This document shows, one piece after another, positions 1 through 12,376 of a stretch of DNA of 64,000 nt. The notes under the pieces were generated by a model, which saw nothing but the letters and a program-made list of their open reading frames with translations, did not search any database and was not told the origin of the DNA. Position numbers and translations under genes: made by a program. The stretch comes from Ptychomitrium polyphyllum. Lineage: Eukaryota. The stretch covers positions 310,001-374,000 of the forward strand of contig OZ316775.1 in the NCBI GenBank assembly GCA_973851085.1, read 5' to 3'. The first letter of the stretch is position 1, and every line of letters begins with the position of its first letter.

Positions 1-3000
1 GATGCAATTGGTTATTACATGAGGTTGCCATCCTTTGTCAAAAAAACTCTAAACACCATCAAAACTTTCACAATCTCCACAAAAATTCTAAAAAATACTA
101 AAAGGATTTCATACTGTACTCCAAAACCTCTCCAAAATCATTCAAAAACTTGGCAAAGAATGTCCAAAATAAGGGACAAGAATGGGTAAGGCACCGGGAG
201 AAAGGGAGTGGTGGGTAGAACAGAACTAAGGATGGGGGGAGGGCAAACGACAAAATAAGTAGCAGCCAATTTTTTTGAAATTAACTAACGTGAACATGGA
301 TGCTATTCAATAAGATTCCGCATCCATTAAAGTACCAGCATATGTGTAAGTTTGCCCAAGCCGAACATGGCATGGGAGGCGGCAAGCTGAGACGCCCTAT
401 TTTCGTTCAGTGGGTGCTAATTTTCGAGTGTTTTGTTTGGTAGAGTGCAATCACGTTCGCCGTAGCTGTATGAAAGTAATGATTACTTCTGAGATCCAGT
501 TGCTTTGCTGGCCATTCATCATGTTTGGGTTGGGGGTTGGACTCTGAGGGGTGAATTCTACACTACTTCAAGGTTGACCATAAGCATAGGCTCCTCACAA
601 GGTAAATCCAGCCTCCTATATTCATCATGCCAGGGCTCCCTCTCATTTCTTATTAACTACACTAACTTTCCCTACAACCCTACTGGGTAAACCCCTCCAA
701 CCACATGAATTAATTCCTTAGTGCCTTACAGTCTCTCAAAATTGACCACTTTAAAACATAACTTGTGCAATTCATCTTCAAAGTTTGTTTTAGTAGCCAT
801 TTTAGACAATTTTTAGTAAATTATTATATACCAACTGTATGCATACTAGTAAATCTATCTTTACTGTAACCTGTAACCAATATTGTTAAAAATGGTTTTG
901 ATTTCTTAAGCTTAAATATTTTTTCAACTTCATTGTTGGAAATTCTGTTTTAACAATTTGTAATTTAGAATTCTTTGAATGGAATTCAAATATGAAATTC
1001 TTAGCATTGAATATTTTTGAAATCTCTACGCAATTATATTTAAGGATTTCATTTTCAAAGGACAAATTTGAGCCAAAAAGTTACAACTTTCAATGAAACT
1101 TATTTTCAAATTATTATTTACAAGTTATTAACAAAAAATTGTTGTAAGAACTTAAATTACAACTATAAATGTTCCAAAATTTGGATCCTTAGACAATAAC
1201 AAATTAAAGATGTATAATAACTACCATAGTGGTATTTTCATCTTCAATATAACATGCATATACTAACATACATCATCAAGTTTGCAATAACCACATAATG
1301 TCATTTTCATGAGACGTTTTGAAATATAAATGTAAAAAATTCAAAAGCTTTTATTCATGTAAATTTATAAGGTTTATATTAATTAATACCATTTAAATAA
1401 ATAAATACTATGCATTAAAAAAATTCACTTCATTAGTGGAAAATGGAAGAATATGTAACAAAAATGTTGAAATTGTAGTGATGCAATGTTATTGGAATAT
1501 GTGTAGCATTGTCATTAAAAAGAGTTAATAATTAGATTTTGATGGTAGAAAGGAAGGTAAAGTGGAATGCAAATATAATAGAGGTAGAAGAAAGGAAAAA
1601 GGAAGTAAGATGTATTGAATTATTGGGCAAACAAAATAAGAAAGGATTATTAAAGGCTAAGTTAGTGGATGGAAGACAATGAAGTTGAGCATTGGCAAAG
1701 TGGAATGGAGTGGTGGCAGGAGCAAAGTAGGATGCATTTGCAATTTGGATGAAAAAATAATAAAGCCAATATGTACATGGCATGGCATAATATGGAACAT
1801 GGACCATGTTGATTTAAATTAATTAGTTAATTGAAGACCTCCATATTATAACTGCAAAATTATATTTATTACATCATGTATACTACACCTCTTTTATATG
1901 CACAATATAATAGATTAAGGGTGACAAAAGTACATTCTATTAAAGTTCATTTGATTTTTTTTCCATAAAATTTTAAACTTTGACATTTTGACGATTCCTT
2001 CCTAGTGAATTAAAGCTAATAAAGAAATTTATTTGATTTTTCTTTTATATATTTATAGAATAAAAACTTAAATATCACCAAAACTTGAATTATTTTTAAT
2101 AAGTCATAAAACTAATAACAATAAAATTTGTCTTTGTTGAATCTTAAATCACCTTAAAAACCATTTATCATTATTTTTTCAATAAAATAGAGCTAATATA
2201 TTTGATTTTCAATTATTCTAATAATTTTCTATAAATAAAAATAAGAACGTTATAATAATATAATAATACATTACAATCCCTTTTTCAAAGAACAAAGATA
2301 ACTTCTATTTTACATGCAAGAATTCCATTTGCAATAATATCTTCTTTAATATCTTTTAGTAACACTTAAATTTTTTACTTATCAATCAAACAAAGCTTCT
2401 TATCATTTGCTTTTAGAGTTCTATATATAAATAATAGTTCCTAGTAATATATTATAAAATCATTAAAGCATTTCTTGTTTGAAGGAGCAATTAAAGAAGT
2501 GACTGAAGAAACTTAGGATATTCATGGCAAATAAAGAAATAATGTATAAATAACTTAAATAACTTTGAGAAGGTTTAAGGTTTAAGATTCTTGACCTGAA
2601 ACTATGTTTTGACATTGCAATGGCACTTTATTAATTCACCAAAAGACATTTGAGCTTTTTTGAAGCAATATGAGTTTTAAAGTGTATTTTGTAAAACTTT
2701 CTTTTTTAATACAGACGTAATAAATAAACTCTATTATCTTTTTATTTAAGTTTAAAAATTCATTCAATAGAAGGTAATGGACTAAGACATTATGGACTTC
2801 TAAACTTATACTTTAAGACTTTAAAGTTCATGATATATAAAAATTAAATCTTTATTTCATTCTTTATTTGAAGGTAATTCTACATTAATGAAATAATGAA
2901 TATTCTCATTTACAATTACAACATCTGTTTCTTTTTTTCCAAAAAAATGAAAGTTGTATGTCAAAAAATAAGTATTATGCTAATCTAATATTATCTATTA

Positions 3001-3140
3001 TTATATTAACAAACTGTATTTGCAACTTATACAAAAAAAAATCAATATGAGTGATTTAACATATGAGTGGGGCCTTAGCCATTGGGTATTAACATATGAG
3101 TGTTCTTTTTAACCTATGGCATTTTTGTGGCTTCAGGCCA

Positions 3141-3285
3141 TTAAATCACTTGGAATAAAGAGAATCAATCCTTTAAGATTCCCAATTTCAAACACATGTT
3201 TCAACCAAAGTTTAAATCACTTGGAATAAAGAGAATCAATCCTTTAAGATTCCCAATTTCAAACACATGTTTCAACCAAAGTTTA
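3141..3285. repeat. Exact tandem duplication, 71-bp unit x2
   Basis: The unit TTAAATCACTTGGAATAAAG...TCAACCAAAGT starts at both 3141 and 3212. Confidence 0.95.
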
Positions 3286-3758
3286 GGTAATAGGTAAGTG
3301 TATAAGGCTTGTTTTTCTATTATGGGTATGATTTGATTAAGTCATTGTAATCTTTTTACAACAACATTAACCATGTTCAGATGCTTTAGAACCACCATTG
3401 CAGATGTTGCTGCCTTTGGGATGAAGAATGTTTTGCAGTCAACACGACTTTCATTCTGAGAAATCAGGATAGAAACAATTAGCCGATAAAGTTGTAAAAT
3501 ATTTACACAAGAGTTGATATCGCTGTTGGTAAAGCAGTCTCAATGCCACTGGGAGCAGCAGTTCGTCCCACATGAACCACATTTTTCATCGAACCCCTGA
3601 TCCCCGTTAATGAAAACCATTTGGTATGTATCGTAGTAAAGGATTGATAACTGTTGGCCGCTACAGTGATGCCACCGAAACTAATGAGTATCATACAATT
3701 TGTCAGCATCTAGTGCTTTCGGAGTCAAGACCTTTAGAACGATCATGACTTGTAGCAG

Positions 3759-4356
3759 ATTAAAGTGATTGAAGAATAAAAAACAAAAAATGAAACTTAG
3801 GTTGACCAGGAGAACCTGGTTGTTCAAGCATGGCACTCAACAAAGCTTGTCATCTCCCAACCATCATTCCATTCCTATTAAAGTTCTGATGAGAACAAAG
3901 ACTCGTTTCTTGGGCCTCCGGTGAAACTTTTCGTTCTGTCGGCGGGGCGTAATTGAATACATTATCAAAGCGCAAGTTAGGTACAGACTCAGCAGTCGAG
4001 AGGCCAGAAAATTCTAGGTCGTAAGCAAGCTCTCGTCCAGCTTAAAAATGATGGCTCAACGGCTATTCCAACACTGAAATTAAACCTTTCTTCGCATATT
4101 CGGGACTCTTTAGGGGCCACCGCCGGCCAGCATCACACTCGGATACTATAAGAGCACCAGAGATGCACCAATTACCGTTTTAGAAACTCAGCCTACTTGG
4201 ATCTAGCCAGGCTGATGTGAACGAACCGCAACATCCACTTGACACAGTCGTTATAACACCAAATGTTCAAAAACGGAGTAAATACCTTCAAACTTCAAAA
4301 GCTTATCAAGGACGTGTATTTACATTTGAAATTTGTATCTCCGGCTCAGAGAGCTA
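3759..4356. repeat. 598-bp direct repeat, copy 1 (matches 44159-44756)
   Basis: Line-by-line identity at offset 40,400 from ATTAAAGTGATTGAAG to CTCAGAGAGCTA. Similarity stops on the left and continues only as diverged homology on the right. Confidence 0.95.
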
Positions 4357-5066
4357 GAGCAAATCCATAACCTGATGCTGAGCAGTGTATGTATTTCATC
4401 CAGCTCTAACTGTGTACGAGATGATTTCTATCTTCATTCCAGCTCCTAGGTAAAATAACCCAGGCAACATACCAGGCTCTCCAGTAAACATCCATGGCTC
4501 CTTCGTCGGTTGAGGAATAATGCAACACATCCACCTGGCAACATTCGCATTAACTTAGTGCCGCCGTTATCAGAAAATTCAAGAATCAAGAGGAACCTCA
4601 ACAGTGAAGGAGAAACATACTGCAACCCACAACGATAAATAGTCGCGAAGACTGCATTTAGAACTCTAACTTGGTGGGACGTGAGCACGTCAATGAACGA
4701 TGTATAAACATCGGAGGTCTGAAAGTACAGATCATTGTACCAGCTGGTCGATAACAACTTCATCACAATAGGCTTGTTGCTACAGAATCTGCTTAATGAT
4801 TTCCTTGCTTCAGGGCAAGACAAATTTTAGCGCTCAGGGAACAAAAAGCTGGCGATTTTAGGTTGTTGCAGTAGGTACTCCACTAGTACAAAAACGGGCG
4901 CAACAAGTCGAAGTGCCAAACCGTCGGGTGCAAGACCCTTCCTATTCATTGCTCCAGCACAATTCAGAAAAACAACACCCCTGCCATCGTAAACACAAGT
5001 ATAAGAAATTCCACACTGAAACGACACCTCCATAGCTGCTTCAAGTATAGTGATCGCCTTTCTCAC
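4357..5066 (-). pseudogene. Internally deleted genomic (intron-containing) paralog of the CLD1-like hydrolase at 45078-48725
   Basis: The start region (AAME, ~5030) is joined to intron-7-like sequence. The exon-8 homolog reads GVVFLNCAGAMNRKGLAPDGLALRLVAPVFVLVEYLLQQPKIASFLF. Damaged exon 9 and 10 homologs with intron remnants follow. Exons 2-7 and 11-12 are absent. Confidence 0.9.
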
Positions 5067-5290
5067 TTCTCAACAGAAAATTGGATCCAAGTCTTCTAAA
5101 GTCACAAGTCAGTTGCCATAGTAGAAGAACGCTACAAAATTAGCAGCAGTCATCAGCGCAACAGTAGACTTGTTGTATTCTCACCTCCAGTTCAGAGCTT
5201 TCCAGGGCAAGCGGCTGACATCCTCGATCAAATGGCATAACTGCGTCAAATTCCAAATGAAATTGGCACTCTCACAGACAGCAACAGTAC

Positions 5291-8200
5291 CTAGGAGTCC
5301 ATCATATTCATGAGCTGGTCACCAGGAGGATTTAGATACTGATTCATGTGTTGATTTTGCAATTCTTCGTATGACTGGAACTCGATATCAGGGCTACTAG
5401 GTAGATCCTGTGGGCTCGATTGTGAAAGGAACTGTCCAAGTTGTTCAGCTTTCAATGATCCTTCACGCAGACGTCGATACTGTTCTCGAGCAGGCTGGGA
5501 ACGCACCATAGTCGTGACAGTCGTCACTGCCTTCTCCACGGCCTTCTCAGCTTGTTTCCTACCCTCTTTCAAAAACTCTTCATCGTCATCTTTAGTATTG
5601 ACGCTGATGTCTCCACTCTTGAAACCCCGAAGTCCTAACCTTTTACGTTTCCACCGCAAAATAACTTTTTCCAAAACGCCAACTGACCACAAAAGTTTCC
5701 TGAACCGCCTCCGTACTAGGTTTCCACGTACGTGTGCCTGTATCCTTACTACTCGCTGCCGCAGGTTCACAAAATCTTTGCGCACCTTCCAACTCCTGAA
5801 CTTCTGCTGGATACGACTGGCCGCTAGTTGTTGCTTCTTCTCGTTGTGGCCCCTGTAAGCTTTTTGTATTCTTTGAGCTGCACGAGCAGCTACAAGCCCA
5901 CGCATTTGACTTTCAGTCATGCCATACTCGTCGAACTTCTCTGATGCCAACTCATCCTCCTCCTTCTTCCGGAAAGAGTGCTGTCGAAACGCTGCTTGAA
6001 TTAATGCAGCAGCTCGAGCAGCATTGCGAACCGCTTGCAATGAATCGCGAATAGACACCTGATCATCAGCTCTATTAAGAGTCTGCTTGATGCTATCGCG
6101 TCTTGACAACTTTGCAACAGCAGTATCGCCAGCGAGTCTGGCATTAGCAACCGCAAGCGGATTCTCTGTAAGGCTCATCATGGATATCCGGCGTGTTAAG
6201 CTACTCTCAGCCAAGAAACCCCCGATCCCCACATGCCCTTTTGCCAAAGCCAAGTCTGCTGGGGTTTGACCAGATGGACAGGAAGGTGTCGGGTCAGTCA
6301 CTGCCCCTGGATCTGCACCGTGTCCGACCAGAATTATCACCACTTCCTCCTTGCCGGAAGAAGCAGCCCAGTGAAGAGCTGTCCAGCCATGAGCGTCCCT
6401 GAAGTTAATGGGTACACCAGCAGCCACCATTGGAGCAACAACCCAATTATAACCCAAAGCCGCAGCCATGTGAAACACTCCCTGACCTTGCGCATCAAAG
6501 ACTGAAGGACCCTTTCCATCCTCTTGAATCTTACAAAGCAACCATTTCTGCATGCGGCTCTTAAACATCATTTGCAGTAGACGGTCCTCGAAACTCATCT
6601 CTTGAGAGTAATCGGAGGTCTTTGCTAGAACTTCAAGCTCCAGCCAATCGTCATTGTTGTGCAATGAGGAAAAGGAATTCAAGCAGTTCATCTGCTTCAT
6701 GGTCAGCCCACCTGCTGCGTCCGGCAGACCGCTCTGGGTCTCTGAATCTGCTAGCAACATGTGTGCCAGCCGAACCTTGAGCAACCGTTCTTCCGCGGCT
6801 TGACCCTTTGTATCAGGCTGTACCCCACCACCACTACGATACTCAAAGTCGCGGATTTCACTATGAGCCTGACGATCACCGCAAGTGACATAAAAATTAA
6901 CTCGTCCAACAGCATGTGGAGGAGCTTTACATCTTAGAACTCCACTATTTATCACTTCCGCGAGAACCTCCACCTCTCCAAACATACAATGCCACTTTAT
7001 ATCGGTTGCACTTGCGTAGTCTCCCAAGAATGCACCTGAGATCAGCACTTTTGCACCTTCCGAGGCGTATGCCCACTCCGGAGAAGAGTCAGTGATGCTG
7101 TATCGCTGGTCTGACGACACGGAGGTACTGAGACTTGTATCAACTTGCATTTGGTACATGTCATCAGGCAACCCAGGAAAACTCATCGTAGGAGTACCAG
7201 GCCAGCTAGATTGGAAAGCTCCCCCACCTGGACTCAAAAAGTTCTGACCATCCAATGTATAACTCATCCAACGCCCAAAACTATCCAACTTTGGAAATGC
7301 TTCAATCTCAGGGCTTTTCTCCTGCACTGGAACCTTCTTATCAACAAACTGCAAGTCAAGTGGTTGCGAATCAGACCTCAACCCATACAATCGTCTATGA
7401 TAGAGCCCTGCGGTTTTAAGAGCTTTCTCCTGAGTAACAGCCTGCAAACTAGCTTCTAATGCTGTCTGAGGTTCCCGACCGAGACCTCTTGGAGACAAGG
7501 CCTCCAAAATACCCTTTGAGGGCAGGATCTGAGGAGAACCAAGATCCTGTGTGCGCGGTGACTCGCTCATTGATTCCGCCTGGTTGTTTGTCATGAGCGA
7601 CTCCATGATGTTCCTATGCGTTGATGGGGTAGTACATTGCTCCAGCATTTCAGCCCAAATCGTCGCCCCATTCATGCTCTCCTGCTTCACATACAAAAGA
7701 GACCCTCCAGCACTCTGTGATACAACTGGCCCCGTAGTATTCTGCGGTGCAAAAGTTCCTCCCAAACTACCTGAATTCTGCCCACAAGGAAGATTATTCC
7801 TCGCATTACTTTCCATCAAATTACGCCACCCAGCGACGTCATTAGAACCTTGAAAACTTTCCTGTCGCTGACCATTTGCAAACGCGTCGTGTCCAAATAT
7901 ATCGGGAAACTGACTGTTGTTTCCAAGGTGCTGCTTGTTGGGAGGAAACGGAGGAAATTGTACTGTTTTCGGCGTTAACCCAGTAGGAGCATCCAGGAGG
8001 CTTTCAAGGCTCGAGCTTCCACCTCCGCCTGATGACAACCATAGGTTGGAGGAAGCGCTTCCGCTTCTAAGATCACCCCCTATCCAGCCATTCACCGGGG
8101 AATTATTTAGGTCTGCGGCAGCTTGAGCTCGGGGAGTAAGCTGGTCAAGCAGAGTGTCTTGCGGTCCAGAAGGTGGAACGATAGGTTCCAAAGGGCTGTG

Positions 8201-8767
8201 CTCTTCAGCATCTTCCGACTCGACCTGATCACCAGCTTCCTCTTCCAATTCCGGGGACGTCGCTGGATTGGACACCTCGGGAGGGCTGGTAGCATGAGCG
8301 ACTGGAGCACTGTGTTGCGAATCGCTCATTGTAAACCTGCCTCCTTCCGTCACCTCCCTGTAGTGAACAAGCACAATATGCTCCAGCGTAGGATCGAGCA
8401 TCCAGTAGCACCTCCTCTGAAAGCTAGAATTATCCTCACCATGGGCATAGTAACAATGCAACACATCTACACTACCCGTCTTAAGTCGCTCATGTGCCTC
8501 TCGCACCGTCCTCCCATCCTTCTTCTTCCGCCAGTTGTGACCATCCTTGCGAAAATATCTCAACGTTTTCCTATCGAACAGGAACATGGAGCCACTACAA
8601 GGACGGACTGGGGGGACGGGGTTGAGTCTGAAACCATACGTTGCATAGTTTTTCAGAATCTCGCACACTTCAACGGGTCTTAGCCATCGAGTTTGCGCTT
8701 CTGCAATAATTTGGCGAATGTCGATATCAGGTTGTTGAGATCCAGAGCGTGACCGCGAAGCCGCCAT
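5291..8767 (-). CDS. CAMTA: Calmodulin-binding transcription activator (CG-1, TIG, ankyrin, IQ/CaM-binding), 1158 aa, single coding exon
   Basis: CG-1 motifs RWLRPVEVCEIL, LFDRKTLRYFRKDGHNWRKKKDG and LHCYYAHGEDN; DSFGRWM; TIG SPEWAY...CMFGEVEV; ankyrin DAHGWTALHWAA; IQ motifs IQAAFR, IQQKFRSWK and IQAHVRG; CaM-binding WSVGVLEKVILRWKRKRLGLRGF. Confidence 0.98.
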   Translation of the reverse strand: MAASRSRSGSQQPDIDIRQIIAEAQTRWLRPVEVCEILKNYATYGFRLNPVPPVRPCSGSMFLFDRKTLRYFRKDGHNWRKKKDGRTVREAHERLKTGSVDVLHCYYAHGEDNSSFQRRCYWMLDPTLEHIVLVHYREVTEGGRFTMSDSQHSAPVAHATSPPEVSNPATSPELEEEAGDQVESEDAEEHSPLEPIVPPSGPQDTLLDQLTPRAQAAADLNNSPVNGWIGGDLRSGSASSNLWLSSGGGGSSSLESLLDAPTGLTPKTVQFPPFPPNKQHLGNNSQFPDIFGHDAFANGQRQESFQGSNDVAGWRNLMESNARNNLPCGQNSGSLGGTFAPQNTTGPVVSQSAGGSLLYVKQESMNGATIWAEMLEQCTTPSTHRNIMESLMTNNQAESMSESPRTQDLGSPQILPSKGILEALSPRGLGREPQTALEASLQAVTQEKALKTAGLYHRRLYGLRSDSQPLDLQFVDKKVPVQEKSPEIEAFPKLDSFGRWMSYTLDGQNFLSPGGGAFQSSWPGTPTMSFPGLPDDMYQMQVDTSLSTSVSSDQRYSITDSSPEWAYASEGAKVLISGAFLGDYASATDIKWHCMFGEVEVLAEVINSGVLRCKAPPHAVGRVNFYVTCGDRQAHSEIRDFEYRSGGGVQPDTKGQAAEERLLKVRLAHMLLADSETQSGLPDAAGGLTMKQMNCLNSFSSLHNNDDWLELEVLAKTSDYSQEMSFEDRLLQMMFKSRMQKWLLCKIQEDGKGPSVFDAQGQGVFHMAAALGYNWVVAPMVAAGVPINFRDAHGWTALHWAASSGKEEVVIILVGHGADPGAVTDPTPSCPSGQTPADLALAKGHVGIGGFLAESSLTRRISMMSLTENPLAVANARLAGDTAVAKLSRRDSIKQTLNRADDQVSIRDSLQAVRNAARAAALIQAAFRQHSFRKKEEDELASEKFDEYGMTESQMRGLVAARAAQRIQKAYRGHNEKKQQLAASRIQQKFRSWKVRKDFVNLRQRVVRIQAHVRGNLVRRRFRKLLWSVGVLEKVILRWKRKRLGLRGFKSGDISVNTKDDDEEFLKEGRKQAEKAVEKAVTTVTTMVRSQPAREQYRRLREGSLKAEQLGQFLSQSSPQDLPSSPDIEFQSYEELQNQHMNQYLNPPGDQLMNMMDS

Positions 8768-11300
8768 GCTTCCAGGATTGACCGTTTCTAAGCCTCAGAT
8801 GCTCTAAAGAACCCCAAAATTAATGAGCTTCAGTTCTTTACAAACGAAAGAACCAACAGATGGTGGTAGGTCTTCAAATACCAAAATCCAACAGATGCTT
8901 CCACAAAATGACTGCCTTTATGCGCACACTACTAACCGATGGAGGTATTTCTAAAATCCAACTAATGTGCCAAGGTGACATCTACACCTACTTCTCGGTC
9001 CTCACGGAGCACCTCCAATTTCATCTGCTCCCCAATAATACAAGATAGAATTATAAGTATATGCAGCCTCTATGATGGAAGGTGAACGAATGATCATCAG
9101 ACTCAATTGATCATCAGGTACAACTTCATCACTTCCAAAGAAATATGCTGATCAAACAAAGGCCAAGTTCAACATAAGAGGATTAAGAGTCTAAAAATTA
9201 CAATACCGTATCTCCAACTTTACAACGGTCCAGAATCTTGTAACGGTCGCTGCCATTAGAAACCTTCTTCCCGTTCACCAACCAGATAACATCTCCCATC
9301 ACCAGACAGCCATAGGAATCCCGTGCTGTTAGCCTTAGTCCCTGTCCCAAAAGAAAAAATCATCAGAATGGCCCAAAAGTTCCAACACGTAGGGCATAGC
9401 GAAATCACAAATGCCGTTTCCAGATTTCAGAGTGATGACGTAGACCACAAGTTTTCAAGACAGGCCACAAGTACGATGTGTAAGAATTTCAGCTGTAGTA
9501 TCAAACTTAACTACGAATTTTTTAAAGGCACCACTGATATGAAAAAAAGACAAACTAATGCGCCCAATCAAAATCAAGCCTTATCACGCATGAACACTGC
9601 TAAAACAACGTGAAAGCAAATCAACTAACGATAATCAATCAACGAAGTAATCACATAAAAAGCAATGAACACTAGATTTTACAAACAAACCCCAAAAAGT
9701 GGTAAAGTCGATCCCTCCCAAAAATTTAGTGTTTACTTACTGCTTTTCCTGCTAGGCCATTCAGTGGACCATTCAGCACAAGCACGCCACTAACGCCCAA
9801 CTGATGCTCTAGTGCAAATGAGATTCCCAGCACGGGACGGGTCAACCCTCCAAATTTCACAATCTGATCCGCGATGCCACTCACCTGAGCAAAAATATCC
9901 AAAACTCCTCAAGTAGAAGCCTAATTCGGTCGAGTCCTTTACGGATGAGGTTGTAAACTAAGACAATAACACCTGAGAACATCAATCCGTCTCAGAGTAT
10001 TGAGATGATGACCTACTCTAAAGAACATCTAATTGGCATGTGAAGATGGTCTACAGAAGAAAAGGAAGTACCCGACTGATATATGACGGACGTAAATTGG
10101 TACAATGAAGCCGAGGCGTAAATAGTAGATGGGAAGGATATAAGTACCGGAAGTAGCAAATGTTTCCTGACCTACAAGCAGGTCATAAGAGCTTCCCACA
10201 AGTAGTAGCAGCGGAGAAACCACAAATAGACTCCACTTTCGCCTAGAAGCAAACAGTTACTACTCCACAACACAACCCAGTTTCCTAGAGACAAGCACAT
10301 AATCTGAAGCGCGAAGTCGAAGCTAAGACTGCGAGACTCAACTAGATCCTCGTTAATCCCACCCTAAATCACACTCTTTCTGTATGTGTGCACGAAATGT
10401 ACATACAAAGCGAACCCGCAAGCACTCCTGGATGCAAAATAAAAAGAAACAAAAGTAGAACACGCCGAGGTGACCACTAACTTCCCCCACCAACCACTCC
10501 CGTGCCTCAGACTTCAAACCCTCAAGCTCCCTCTATTGTACCGTGCAGCTCCTTCCTACTGTACAGACACGTATTAAGCACCCCATGACACCCTTCGAAC
10601 CAAATTTCGCTGCAGTCGTCCCTTTCCAGAAAGCAGGCAGGCAGAAAAGAAAGAAAAGGCTAAAAGCACGCCTAAGAGAACAAAAAGGTCCAAAAATAAA
10701 TAAAAATTGAAGTTAAAGTGGAAAGCGTACAACAAACGTCACACACATACTCACACACACAGACACACAGAGTACACAAACTGCACACGACTTAGTAGCC
10801 TTCACCTCAATCGGCAATATAACCCGGTCACAAAAAAAAGGTGAAGAAAGTAAGGAGCATGCCACTCAGAGAATTCCCCACGCCTAAGCAAGACAAAAGA
10901 AAAACTAATAACTGTAAGTGAGCGAGTGAGTGAGTGTGTGAATAAGAGAGTGAGTGAACGTTTACCTGACTGACATGAAAGATTGTTACCTGGGCAAACT
11001 AAGAGAACGGTTGCGAGGCACGCCGTACACTAGAACTGTACACTAGAGGCTGTTGCAGCAAGAGGGCAGGCTGAAGTAAAAGGAGACAGAAAAAACGCCA
11101 GAAGACAGGACTGGCAGCGAAGGAGGAACCGCGAGGGCCAGGGCTAGGGCGATGGCGAAATGAGCCTGCGAGAGGGGAGGGCAACAAACGAGGAACAAGG
11201 GTTTGCAAAAGCAAAGAGAGTGTTGGTCAGCGCAACGGAGACACCCACACACACTACACTGCACACTGCACACTGCACAGAGAGGGAGAGTGAAATCACT
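8768..11300 (-). other. Probable long intron-containing 5' UTR of CAMTA
   Basis: CT/GT microsatellite-rich leader near 11250-11370 and strong minus-strand donor sites CAG|GTAAC (10990), CAG|GTAAAC (~10966) and |GTAAGT (~9740). Exact exon structure is not resolved. Confidence 0.5.
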
Positions 11301-11419
11301 TTAGAGAGAGAAATTAGGGAGAGAGCAAAAGGACACACCCCTCTCTCTCCCACTCCCTCTCCCCCTCCCATACACCCCCCTGGCCAAACTCTCTGGCAGG
11401 TGTGAAAGGGTCAACTTCG

Positions 11420-11600
11420 TTCCCCGTGGCCCGCGAGGCGCGGCCACGTGGGTCACGGAATTCGTCAACATTGGTTCGATTCGCGCCGCTGTCGTCTCCG
11501 CATGCCAACTTCACTTAACTTATGTTATCTACACGCCCAACGCCTTCCGCGAACCCTCGCCCTCCTCCCTCGGTGCTGGCGCTCCGCGGATGGGCCCCAC
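11420..11600 (-). promoter_or_regulatory. GC-rich CAMTA proximal promoter with G-box/ABRE, CGCG boxes and site II element
   Basis: GCCACGTGG (CACGTG 11445-11450), GCGCGG 11438-11443, CCGCGG 11584-11589 and TGGGCC 11591-11596, just upstream of the CT-rich leader. Confidence 0.5.
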
Positions 11601-12299
11601 GCACCCCTGCGGTCCCTTCCCCCGGGGCCCACCACTTCCCACCACTTCGAACGCAATACTTTCATACATATTACACTACGAACTATTTGTTTTTCGATGC
11701 CCTTTGATCTACACTGCATTGCATGTGTAATAATTGTAATGTTTGATTTGTTTTGGAACCTATTTGTTTAGTCTTGCATAGTTTTTTTAGGCCTATAAAT
11801 TATCATTCTTTTATACTTGGCCCTCTTTAAAAGTTAGGCCTCTAGAATAGAAAAAAGATAACATTTAAAGAAGTATAACACATAATAATTAAAATGGATC
11901 AGTTTTTGAAATCAAATTTATCCATATATAACATAAATTAAGAGAGAAAGTTGCAAAAAACAACAATTTTCAGTGATGAGAGGTACATATGGAATAACAT
12001 AACAATTAAAAAAACTATATCATGGGAAAATATATACCAATAGGGTTTTGGTAAGTGCATTAAATTTTCAATTTTGTAAAAAAAATTTCAATGAATTACA
12101 ACTTGAAACTAAAATGATTCATTTGCATAGAATATTGTTTAAGATAGGTGTAAGTAAGTAAAAATGCTTCAATTATACTTGAAAATTCAACTTGCTAATA
12201 TATAATTAACATAACACAATACATTAATATACATTGTATATTTAATTTGTAGTTGTAATAGATGGCAAGACAAGACAAAGGAAATAAAATAATTAGATT

Positions 12300-12376
12300 T
12301 TATAAAAGCTTTCTTAACTTTCTTGAATTTCTTAAAAAACCTTCTTAAAAGATTCTTATATGTATGTCTATGTAAA
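12300..12376 (-). mobile_element. Fragment of a family-2 chromovirus LTR 5' end
   Basis: The reverse complement (ACATAGACATACATATAAGAATC...) matches the LTR start at 37676. Confidence 0.55.

Noticed and set aside
4105..4120. TTTAGGG in the 598-bp block as a possible telomerase RNA template
   Set aside because: Only one 7-nt repeat with no alignment extension, and no USE/TATA Pol III promoter seen.
5514..8683. Plus-strand ORFs overlapping CAMTA
   Set aside because: Antisense shadows of a long coding region with no recognisable motifs.
10999..11771. Cluster of short ORFs in GC-rich sequence
   Set aside because: Low-complexity promoter and 5' UTR microsatellites of CAMTA.
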